DNA from: Paragordius varius | Taxonomy: Eukaryota; Animalia; Nematomorpha | Reading direction: 5' to 3' | NCBI GenBank assembly: GCA_964247055.1 | Contig: OZ176050.1 | Span: 4,464,001 to 4,528,000, forward strand | Length of the DNA: 64,000 bases | In this document: positions 26,035 through 38,700 of the stretch, in pieces | Numbering within the stretch: position 1 is the stretch's first letter | How the letters are laid out: every line of letters begins with the position of its first letter | The notes under the pieces: generated by a model | The model's input: only the letters and a program-made list of their open reading frames with translations | Database searches by the model: none | What the model was told of the DNA's origin: nothing | Program-made: the position numbers and the translations under genes

Positions 26035-26586
26035 ATGATTAAATTATTTTCTCTTAAACAGCAAAAAAAGTCTGATTCCAACGATTCTCAGGAGGATTCA
26101 AACGTTAAAAGATCATCTGCTGCCCAGCTAAGAATAAAAAAAGATATAAATGAACTAAATTTACCTCCAAAATGTGACATCGAATTTCCAGATGCAGATG
26201 ATCTATTAAACTTTCGCGTTATCCTTTGTCCTGATGAAGGTTTTTATGCAGGAGGCCAATTTTCTTTTAATTTTAAAGTCAACCAATGTTACCCTCATGA
26301 ACCTCCCAAAGTTAAATGTGAAACATTAGTTTATCATCCTAATATTGATCTGGAAGGTAACGTTTGCCTTAACATACTTCGTGAAGATTGGAAACCTGTA
26401 TTAACTATAAATTCTATAATTTATGGATTACATTTTTTATTACTCGAACCGAATCCCGATGATCCACTAAACAAAGAAGCTGCCGAAGAATTAAAAAATA
26501 ATCGCCGACTATTTGAACAAAATGTATATCGATCAATGCGTGGTGGTTACATTGGAAACATATATTTTAAAAAATGTCTCAAATGA
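26035..26586 (+). CDS. UBE2M: NEDD8-conjugating enzyme Ubc12/UBE2M, single exon, 183 aa
   Basis: Starts [12 protein letters not shown], the diagnostic Ubc12 N-terminal docking peptide. Contains [36 protein letters not shown] (catalytic Cys) and [13 protein letters not shown]. The true start is ATG 26035, not 25915 as in the ORF track. Confidence 0.96.
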   Translation: MIKLFSLKQQKKSDSNDSQEDSNVKRSSAAQLRIKKDINELNLPPKCDIEFPDADDLLNFRVILCPDEGFYAGGQFSFNFKVNQCYPHEPPKVKCETLVYHPNIDLEGNVCLNILREDWKPVLTINSIIYGLHFLLLEPNPDDPLNKEAAEELKNNRRLFEQNVYRSMRGGYIGNIYFKKCLK

Positions 26587-27497
26587 TTCTAAATAAATGC
26601 CTTATACATAAGTGTAATACAGGCCTAGTGCGTTTTTTAGCTTTTAATAATTATTGGTTTTTCCAATAGCAACAATCAATATTATTAAAGCTGTGATGGT
26701 CGCCAAAATTTTTAGTAGGCGTATATAATATTTTTTGTCTCAAGCTTGCAAATGCCGAAAAATATTTCATGCTGATTAACACATATCAAGATATTTATTA
26801 ACGATTTACCATTTACGGGTCCCATATAAATCGCAAATAAAATCCTTTTATGCTATTTAGTTTAAAAAATAAAAATATTTTGATGATCATCTTTTAACAA
26901 TTAAAGGTACTTATTTTTATATTCAATTTTTAATGAATCTGGTTTAATATGATAATAAGCATATCTAAATACGTCATATCTATACGCATTTTAACGTATT
27001 TTGTTACATTTCACTAACTTTTTTTTATAAACGTTACATTTTAGGATATTTTTGTACCATAGCTCAAACTTGTAAGTAAGCTTTTCAAAGTTGTGTTGTT
27101 CGAAATTTAATATCACATTGTTATCATGCATTATATACAAAGCTTATACTTTTTATTGTTTATGTTGAAATAGCTCCCAAACTCGGTTGAAACAATAGAT
27201 TTAATCAATAAATATCAAAACTTTCTGCTTAGATGTATTTTAAAAGGCATTTTAAAAGCAAGTGTTTGCCTGTAAGAAAATATAACAAAATGGCGGCGAA
27301 GAAGTTTTTTGCACTTTAACGTTTGTTTTTTAATCATGCGAATAAAAGGTTAAAGAATGCATATATAAAATTTGGCCCAATATCATTGATACTAAGATAT
27401 TCGAGTTTAAAATTGATAGGATACAAGATTACAATTCAAAAATAAAGTCTAAGGGAAAAAAATGGTAAGGACAGCTTAAGTCATATTATATATTTTA

Positions 27498-28172
27498 CTA
27501 GCTTAAATCTCTGGCTGCCACACAGCCCGAGGAATCGGACTTCTTGGGGGGCGCTATTTAAAAAAAGGGATTAACAAAATTGTGATCCATATATGTGGAT
27601 TATTTCGAAACATTATTTAAAAGTTATGACCTCATAAGAACGGTGCTTCATAGAATTTTCAAAACTGTACATTCATACAAATTATTGTTTACTGGTGTAA
27701 AGGCCCCTAATTAAGGGCTAACGGAAAAAACCGCTATAGTATAATTTTTGCCTTTTTTCGGGTAATATTTAAGCCCTTATCGAACTTATACGGCCTGATA
27801 GGTTTTCTGAAATTTATCCCCAAAACGCTATTTCAATTGACGGTTTTTAACGGGTATCTTTTTACTCAGCAGCCAATATAAAAACCTGACGCTAAAATTG
27901 TGCCTACCTCGAATCCTCATTGATTTTTTACGGTCTCATACCTTGGGCTAAAAATAGATTTAAAATATTTTTGTGGACAGTTTTTTTTTTGAAAAAAATG
28001 GCATTTTACGGGGGAATCGAGTAAAAAGAGACCCTAAATTAAAAATGCGAGCCGACTATGTTCGGCGCAATCGAAAAAGTAAAAGAAAATCATATCTGAA
28101 ATCGAATGGTCCAACACGTTTTCCGGAAACACATCACAAAGCCAGGATTTTCCAGTTTTATAAATATATAGA
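27498..28172 (-). mobile_element. Non-autonomous Helitron-like element (family C), copy with one internal subrepeat
   Basis: Same A|TC and CTAG|T termini as 10713-11287, with a partly deleted hairpin (gaggaatcggacttc). Contains sequence homologous to the ~310-bp tandem unit at 2500-6200. Confidence 0.7.
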
Positions 28173-29717
28173 TTTAATTTTGCACTTCTTGCCAAAACTC
28201 AATAGAATATTGGATCTCCAATGCTTACTAAGTTTCGTTATTAGAAATTAATATATACTTCTATAACATGCGGATTATCAAGACAGATTCGTTTTCAAAA
28301 GCTGATTTTTAAATCAAATTTTCTAATGGATAAAAACAAAAAATTACCAAAAAATATAAATAATCTTTTTAAATACTTTATGAATTATAAGCATGTGCAT
28401 TCATTCAATATTTTTGTATTATACCATCCATATAAAAGCACTTCTCGAGCCACATGCGACCCATGGACCGCGGTTAGAAAACTAACTTTAAAATAATGGA
28501 TATTAGTAAGTTGCACATTCTTAATATAATCAGTGTTAGCAATTTAGTCATTTAATATTTAAAGGTCAATAATATTTAAAAATATTTACAAAGGTATTTG
28601 TTATCCACCATTTTTAATTAGAACAAGTTTTATAAATGTCACCAGACGAATCGATTTGCCTTAAAACTAAATAACTTTTAAGGCGACGTATTTTACAGAT
28701 GATACCTCACCCAGTTGCACATTAAAAAGCGCGGAATAAAATTTTTAATTTACAAGGAAATAACTAAAACCACAATAGAAAATTCCCATAATTTGCGCAA
28801 AAATTTGCTTCAAGTTAAGTTAACATTGTGGCGTATTCAGAGGGTGAAGCCTTACTTAATCGCTTTTATGTTAAAAAAAACGCCAAATTAATTGATGTAT
28901 ACTACAAATACCCAAAAAGTATTATTCAATACATATGTTACCATGGTATTCCAAAATACTTCAATGGCAGTTTAATATGAGTATATTACATAGAGTTAAG
29001 CTCCAGCAGCTAATTTGGCTCAGAATATTGCCTGTAGACAAGGAATTCCTAGATCCACGATTGTATCATAGTGTATGTTATTTAAAGCATTTTCATAACA
29101 AATTTAGGTACTTAATCAATATGCAAGATGGTCATTTTTTTGAGGTAGCGGCTAAATATATCGGCTAATTCAAAAATTCCCCAGCTTGGCTCTGCTTCGC
29201 AAAAAAATAAATTGGTCTATAAGTTTTCCGTAAAAATGTCATAAAAACATGATTTTAGGGGTTAAAACCTCTATGAATGGAGTTTAGGGGCTGATTTTAA
29301 AAGTGGCTCAATTATGATTGGAGCATCTATAAATGCATGAACATTTTTCATTTTTAAATTTCAATAAGGACACGTTTTTCGGATTTAGCCATTTTGAAAA
29401 TTTCTTATAAAAAAAATTTTTACTTAATAATAATTTGTTTAATAAATTTAAACCGAAAAAACATATTAAATTAAATGCCAACGAAGACTATACTAAATTG
29501 CAAACTAATTAAATTTATTTGTAACAATATGATAAAAATTATATATGCTAAGTATATATACATAAATCTTCAAAAATTAATACCCATAATATATATGGAA
29601 TGTATTTACACGATGCATTTAGATTATTTTACTTTTATAATTTAATGATTGATAATTTTGATTATAAACTTTTGAACTAGTTGTGTATTATATAGATAAA
29701 TCATATTGTTTCGCACG

Positions 29718-32700
29718 TTAGAGTTGGACATCACCCTGTAAGAGTTCGCCATATTTGTACAGTGATGAAGTTAAACTTTTTCTTGGCTGAGGAGGGTAAT
29801 GATTCGTACCAATATGACCTGATGTAATTGGCGGCTGCACACCTCTTAGGTATGAAAGAGCTGGTATACTTTTTTTACGTCTAACATCCGTGGTTTCTTC
29901 AAGCGGGCCACTCGTCCCTGATGCATGATCTATCGACATTTTTTTCAAATTTGACGGTTGGATATCATTGCTAAATCTTTTGCCACTTTTTATGGCAGTT
30001 ATATCATCATCTTCATCACTCATGGTCGTTTCCATTGTTTCTAAATTATTTTTGATTTTTTTATCCCCCTCCAAAAGATTATTAGTTTGGTCAAAATTTG
30101 TGTCTTCGTCATCATCGCTTATTTCTTCAAAAGCGGTTTGAGTGCCGGTGGTGGATTTATTGCTGGTACTCGAAAAACAGCTTGTAACAGAATCAGCACC
30201 TTTAAGTTTTGTGAGTAGCTCCAAGTCTATTTAATTATAGCATACCATTTTTCAGTCAGCAATATTTTTTTATCCAAACGCTATATTTTTTCATCCAAAC
30301 GCCACACTATTTTTCAACCAGCAACATGTTTTTGCTTGTAATGCGTTTGCTTAAAATTGTGCGTTTGGATGAAAAATAATTGTTGGTTGAAAAAATGTTG
30401 CTTTTGACAGAAAAATCGTCTATATGAATGATTGTAAAAGTTTTAAATATTTTTCAACACGTTATCTTGTTATAATTAATCAACAGATACAGTAAAATAT
30501 AAACTACGATTTCTCATTGTATATAACTATACCAAGGGATTGAAATCTGAAAATATATTTTTGCGATCGTGTTGGAACCAAATTTAAAAAATGTCTCAAA
30601 CCGTTTTTATCAAAAGCGTGGTTCCATGGTGTTAAGAATATTTGAGTTTTTTGTAAATTTTTTACAATGTTAATACTATTATTTATCGATAATAACCTTT
30701 ATCTTATTTAAATTATAAAAATGCAGCTTAACTGATATAATTCCGATAACTTATTGTTTTTGCGGCTAATATAATATATTCTATTATCCGTAAAAAAATA
30801 TAACCTTTAAAAAAATTAATGGAACCAAAACTTTTTTGCTAAACATTTAAAACCGAAACCGATCCCAAATTTTTGGAGCAGGAGCTGAACCGGAATCATC
30901 TAATTTAGAATTCGTTAATAAGTTAATTATAAAGCTTGGTTGGTTTTCAGTGGCTCATCTCCCGTAAATATTATGAGATGTTCAAAGCCAATAATTTTTA
31001 TAAAAACCGTTAACCATTTTTATTCTTTCATATCTTCAGAATATCAAAATATTTCATAATAGGAATGATATTAACCTTCAGATTGCGTAGCCGAATCTGT
31101 TTTGTTATAACTAACTGGTGTTGTAAGGGTATGAGGCGATAAATTATTGCTGACGGTAGTATGTACTTTTAAAGTTGGTAAGGGGTGACTTGTAGAAGAC
31201 AGTAATTGGGAACTGGTTCCTCCTCCAACACCTTAATTTAAAAAAAGAAATGATATTTGCTAATTATTTTCATAGAGATTAAATATTTGGCTATTAAATA
31301 TCGTCAATAATAACTAGCACTGGGTGTGATTTTATATATATAAGTAAAAAATACGTGCAATCTATGTCTCATAATTATAATAAAAAAATAGTCATATATT
31401 ATTGGCAGATTTTGTGCTATATATAATTATATCATTGACTACAACCAACATCATTAACCATTTATATTGAATTTCCAAAATTTTTACATTTGTCATAATA
31501 ATTTTTGGTTATGTCTGTGAATGACTGTATTAGGGTCCCTTAGGTTAATATACCTGATCGATATAATAACCCTAACAAATCATTAACGAACTATTAGGTA
31601 AAAAAACACTAATTTTTAGATTTGGGTTGATTTAAATATTTACCGGTTGTCATCGATTTTGCATACTTTCCACCACCAGGCATCATAGTTTGCCGAATAT
31701 TTTTTTCAGGATGCAGCAGTATGATATAAAGCTTTGGTGTAAATAGGCAACACAAGGCAGTGGTTGCGCTCAAACTTACGGACACGCAAATCGTCGTAAT
31801 TCGCAAAGGAATATTATTGGCGGTGATAATGTAAATGGGTACAAAGGCTAACCAGATTATACAAGTCGTGTACATAGTGAAACCTATGCAAAAATATTAA
31901 ATGGAAACTAAAACTTGGCAGTTATATAGAGTATTAAATCAAAAAAAAATTTTTTCGGTAGATGTCTCTTTATCAAAAAAGTCTGTTTAAAATACTATTT
32001 ACACCTCCAATTGACCCTTAAACAACTCAATTCACTCTTGAACAATTCAAATTCACCCTAAAATAAATTATTTATAATTCAATAAAATTACCTATATTTT
32101 TTATATTTTTAAAATAATTTCGTTTAATATTAAATAAAACTGAAAAAATAATAATACATGCCATGAAGATTCATATTAATGATAAGTTATATCTCGAGAA
32201 CACATAATTTATTTTTAAGGTTAATTTAAATTGTTAAAGGGTGAATTTGAGGTGTAAAGATATATATATATATATATATATATATGATACAGTAAATAAA
32301 TTTACTACATACCTATGTATTTGCTTTCGTTAAATGCTTCAGGTATTTTACGGGTAAGTACAGCATAAATCGTACAAACGAGTATAAGGATAAGTGGGTA
32401 TGCTAAACAAATTAGATAGGATGAATCTAAGGTAGTAGAGCATACAAGTTGACTTATAGTTCGGCTGGGATAATAATGCATAGCACGTGGGGGAGTCATT
32501 ATGAGTTTAATAGCCATAATAGCTATTTGAATGGCAACTAAGAGCCCGCAAATAACAATTTGAGATTTGGGCGATATGAAAGTTGGCCTTTTACTCGTTC
32601 GTTTACCGCTGTTAAAAATTCGAGCTATGCGATTTGTTTTGGTCAGAATAGCCGCATAACACAAGGAAAAGAATGTCCCTACAAAAACGAACGTGGCTCC

Positions 32701-35700
32701 ACACAACGCTGAAGATATGGGTTTGGCCACTAAGAGAAACGTTATTCCATAACAACAGATGATACCGATCAAAAGAGCAAAACTAAGTTCCCTACCAGAT
32801 GCTTTAACAACTGGCGTTTGACAATACTTGATAAATACGGCTAGGACAAAAAGGCCACATACGATACCAAGGCAGGAGAAGCAAAGGGCCCCAATGGCCA
32901 AAGGATTAGAATATGACATATAAATTTCTGGGATGGGAAGACATGTGTTTAAATACATCGGATCGGGAAGATAACCCAATTCACAATCAACACAATGGGT
33001 TGATTCCCCCACTACACTAGCGGCATAGGAGAGATTAGTGTTACCAGAAGTGCCAAATCCATTTGTCAAGACTGAGAGAGTATTGTTGGCCGGGCTAGTC
33101 AGATTTGATAATTTTTGTATTTTTGTCATGGTGTCCTTGACAGTTATGTTCAAATCTTCCGTGTCTACACCACCGAGCGCTCCTGTGGTTGGAGTTGTTA
33201 ATAGTGTAGGAGAAAAAGTTACAGTTGGCACTAATATTTGGTAGGGGGAACAATCAACACACACCCAACAACATCTGAATAATATTTTTTATGATAATAT
33301 GAATTTACTTCTAGCGATTGAAATCTTTTTGCCAATAAGGTAAATTAGGCTTTTGTTAAATTAAATATAATTATTTTTGGGCAATATTAACGTAAATTAT
33401 CATGAAGTTTGGGAATTTTATATTAAAAATAATATTTTTAAATAATGGTAAAGCACCATTGAAATTTTTAGTATTTGTATATAATTTATAATTTTTAGAT
33501 TTTTTAGCTTTAACACTCTATGATATTTAAAAAAAAAGATACAAAAAAATTAGTAACCTATTGTCGCCTTGAATCTTTTTGGCTTGTCCCCTTAAACAAG
33601 GTTTACTGCACACGGATTCTGGTGGGTGAGGATGTTCCCATCTGTAGCGAATTTCCGGGACATTTACTTGTAAAACTTTATCAACATACTTTCCTACCTT
33701 CACCCATTTATAAATACCGGGAGTAACTTGTTTGAAATGTATAATATTGTATCGTGGTGGCCCGTCCCCGTTGGGTAAAAATTCAAATTTGTCACCAGAC
33801 AAACCTATAAACAAGATTTTCACCATAAGTTTACTGTTAAAACAATTTATCCTAAAATCTAGAAAAGTACCGTAAAATTATGGTAAAAATAACATTGATT
33901 GACCAATTCATAGGACTTAGCCAATAAATTATACGAATTTTGCAATAATACAAATTTTTAACCCATTCCAATTGTTTTGATTATATATATTTATATTTAA
34001 CTATCTTCACCCTGATTAATTTGGATCAAGTAAATTTTAAATAAAAAAAAAGAAAGCAAACGAACCTGTAAATTTAACTTTCCGTAAATAATTTAGGGTC
34101 ATTTGTCCGGACGGGGGGTCCATTGCTTCACATAAACCGGGTTTACCGCCACACAAATCTTTATGCATATCTCGGAAGGCGTAAGCATAGGCTAGAACCG
34201 CATCGCTAACAAACTGCAACTGATCCTCCATTTTCATGTTTCCCCGAGGAGGTCTTAACGATTTTAATGTTTCTCGCCCAGTGCATTGTTTCTGATTCCA
34301 TTGTGGGTTTATCTTTAAATCCATAATTTTTTTACAATCATGTATAAATATTATTTTATTGGAATATTAATACTGTTAACCCAACGATTTTGAACAGTGA
34401 TACATTTGTTTTTGGTAATTTTTACAAAATATAAAAATTTTGCATACCGTTTATATTCGGTAATTTATTAAAATATTAATAGCGGGACACAAAAAAATTA
34501 ACTTTTAACAATGCTTAGGCATGTCAGTTAAAAATCAAATTTTACCACTTGATTTTCATAGGTTTTATCAGTGTTTGGGTAACGACATTCAAAATATTTC
34601 TCATACACTTCATATAACCACGGATCTCTTTTCCCATCCTTTTCGACGGTTAAGTTGTAAAAATAATCTTCGAATCTAACAACATATTAACATATAAGTT
34701 AAAAGATGCCAAAAGATATCAACTTTAATCTAAAACTTATATTTTTTGCATTATTATATATTAAATGATAAATTATGGAATATTATATATTTATACCCGA
34801 ATACTGGATTGGCTAACGGTTGAACCGATACGGTTCCTTCAACTTCAGCCTCTCTACCAGCTGTTACTATATCCCGAGCGGACCAGCCATCAGAACCAAT
34901 CCACATAAATTTCCCTGTGGCTCTTTGACGCCTTACTGCAGCCATAAGCATTCCAACTTCCTGGTCAGATCCATAAATTATGACGCCTATGTTTAAATAT
35001 AAAAAACAAAAACTTTATTTAGTTGTGTCGGGTATCACCCTAGCAATTACCTATTGAATGTATGTACTATTATAATTTTGATTTGAAAAAATGAATATTG
35101 AATGAAAACGCTCTGCGGGTTCCAAAATTTTATTAAATTCAGTACCTCTTTCTCAAAAAAATATTTTCATTTTATGCAAACGGATAATGAATATAATTTA
35201 ACCTTTTTAAAAATGGGTGTATATAAAAATTCTCATAATTATAGATGAATTATAGTTTTTATATTAAATATTTTACTAAAATATTTTTTTGACCCCTTTT
35301 TAACAATATTTTAGGATTGGTGTTTTAAGAAATTGCCGGAAATAAATCAATTTATGGGTTAAGACTGAAGGATTCTATGGTTTGTTTTTTTAAACAATTT
35401 TATTGGTACTACGATAATGGTAAAAACCGTTCATATTGAAATCAAAAAAATTCATATTAATTTATTTAACATTCTTTAAATAAAAAAGGAATAATATAAA
35501 AATTTTCAGAATTCTATCAATTTAATTAATTATATTATTTTAATTAAATCAAATTTTATCATGTGATTTATGTTTAGTAAGGAATATTTTTACTGAAGAC
35601 AAATTATTTTTTATTGAAATTCCTAAAAACATTTCAAAAGGTGATTTTTTATGAGAACAAAGAGCTCTATTATTGTTTTTGCAAATCACTAGTTAATATA

Positions 35701-38700
35701 CAATACAATAAATGATAAAATGTTGGATTTATTTAAGTAATTTTATGATAGTTTAAGTTAGTGTACCATTACTATTATCCTTTATTATACCATAAATACG
35801 CTTTAATTGATTTTGCCAAATTAAAATTTTAAACTGTGCTTTTTTCAAATATATATTTTAATAATCCATCATATACTAAAAATTGCCATTGGGAAATCTA
35901 GGCATTTTTGCGTTTACTTTGCGCAGGCCCTTTGTGATATGAGGAGACTATCGGAGCTCACATAAAAAATCAATTTTAATATAGTTGGTTTTATTTTTAT
36001 TATAGTTAAGATTTTCTTGATAATATTTTAAAATGAATTATTTGTCTTCCACCAAAAACATTTTATTTAGATAGTGTAATCTAACTATGAGCTATTCCAA
36101 TATGCAGGAATCACCTAAAACTGTAATTCACTTTTTTCGGGGAACCCAAACTAAAAAACACGATGGGAATTAATATATTTTCTACAAAATCATATTTATT
36201 GCAAAGGAATTTATTAAAACACCCGATTTTGTGAACTGTAAGGAACTAAAAAACTTTAAAACAAGAAAAAATTATCCAGATTGTGACATCAAAAATTATT
36301 ATCAAGACGAGCAAACCTTGCTATTAACACAAAAAATTTATGAGGTATTTTAAAGCATTGTATAAATAATATGAAAATAAAGTATAATGGTTTACCTAAA
36401 AAGTTTAAAATTCGTGCAAATTTGTTTTTATAAATACATATTTTTTATCGAAAATTTAAAATAAAAAAAAGCGTTTATAATATTTAGATTTGTTTCCGAA
36501 ATGGTTCACACCTTTAATAATTATTTTTAATTTTACAAAGAGTGCACTTTTAAAATATACATGTTTATGCCATATATACTATTACAGAATTGATATTACG
36601 CGATTCCGGCTCTTTAGCATTTATTTTAGACAATTTAAAATTTGCTCATAAACTTTTTTTGTTAATAAATATGAATTTGGGCAGAACCTATAACCTATAA
36701 AAATTTGATTAAAAATCATATATGCTAATTTAGCTATTTTTTGATATGAAACAATAGCCAAAAAAGTGGAAATCCTTAAAATATGTAAAAACCCCATGTA
36801 AAAAGCATCATTATATTCCGGATATTTTCTATCTAAACATATATAATCAAGATATTTTGTATGCATTGTGAATGGACAACGTTTTTACTTCCTTTGAAAA
36901 TTCGCATGTATGTTTTTGAAAACAATAATACATGTCTGATCTAGGCGACATAGAAATTATCATCGCGCAATCTAAGCAATATTATTCATGTCAATTACAT
37001 TTTAATGGGTTTGAAAATATAATTTTTAGCCAATATACAGTCATATACAGTCATGTATCATTTATTTTATCAAAAATTTATTTTTTTCGTTAAATGGGTA
37101 TAAATATTTGGTAAAGAATGGAAAAAACAAGAGCTCTATGGTATCAATATCATATTTATCAAAAAAGTATAAAAATTACCAAAGAGCTTTTGTTTTTATC
37201 CATTCTTTACCAAATATTTATACCTTAACGATAAAAAATAAATTTTTGATAAAATAAAGGATACATGACTGTATATGAAACAGCTGCAATATTGTTTTGT
37301 GTAACATTATATTACATATGTTTCACAAATGCTTAGATAATAAAAGCAAGTCAAATATAATAAGTACAAGATGTATATATTCCGTCAAATATAAATATAA
37401 GTCAATCTCCCTTTTAGGTTATATAGAAAAATATGAATATAAAATTGGATAAATCTCTGTCTTAAACTTTGGCCATTAAATGTTTTTGAATTTTTCCATA
37501 TCACTTAAATTTAAATGATATATAGTGTACTTTAATTCAAATTGGGGTGGTTGAAGAACCCAAACCTGTTTTAAGTTGTTAAATAAGATGGGATGTATTG
37601 AAACCAATTCCAATGTTTGCACTTATATAACATGATGCACCAATATGTAAAAAGGATTCATTTAAAATGAAAATATATTTATGGATAAACTCAAAAACAA
37701 AAATTTAAACATGATAGGCGAATCTTTTTTTCTGCCCTTAATGATAAATTTGATCATAGGCTTTAACTTTAATTTAGCCGTCTTAAGTTGTAAACTAAAA
37801 ATGGTAGTGTTATGTAATACTTTATTAAGCGAAATTTTTCTTCAAGTATTTGACTGATTTAGATTATTTTTAAATAAGATAGAAGCATAAAGTTAAATTA
37901 GGGCACCCTTTTCATTAATTATGTCATCAATTCAAAGTTGGTTGCCCTTTGTTAAACGCACAAAATTGTACATAATATAGAAAATTGATGATTTTGAAAA
38001 TGCTCGTAATTCTGACCCACCCAATAATTATTAACAATCTATTACCTTTTGGGATATTTTTATCTAGCTTTTTGAAATTCCAATATCTTAAAAAGTATTC
38101 AAGGTATTAAGTCGAATTTTAAAATATTCTTTCATTAACTTTTAAGGCGCATTATACAAATTCTAAAAATGGAAAATTGTAAACAATTCTCTCCAACTTT
38201 TTGCCGCCAGTTGATAATTTTGATTTTTATATCAGCTGGTATCGGTATTTTGCAGCTGCTCCAATTTTCGACTCTAGAAGTCACAAAATTGTAAAATATA
38301 TGAGCCTATTTATCCAAGACAAGTAAAAAAATTTGATAATTAATTTTTAAAATAAAATACCTTTCAAAACTGTAGTTTTTTCCAAAAATGTTTGGTGTAT
38401 AAAACTACACTAATAGACAAAAATGTAAAAAGGTATGAAGTATTAACAATCATATTTTAGGAAACATCCTTGATTTTTTTACAATTTAAAAGCTCTGAGG
38501 CAATCATATTCCAAAGTATAGTAGTTTTAACATAATAAGCATTTAATATGCACTGCTTTATAACGCGTTAACTAAATTTTTTCTTTTGAGTAAATAATTA
38601 AAATCTTGTTACCCTTTAACAAAAATCTGCCTGATATAGACACATTAAAGAAAACTATGATAACAAATAAATAATAACATTATAGAATATAATCAATTTT

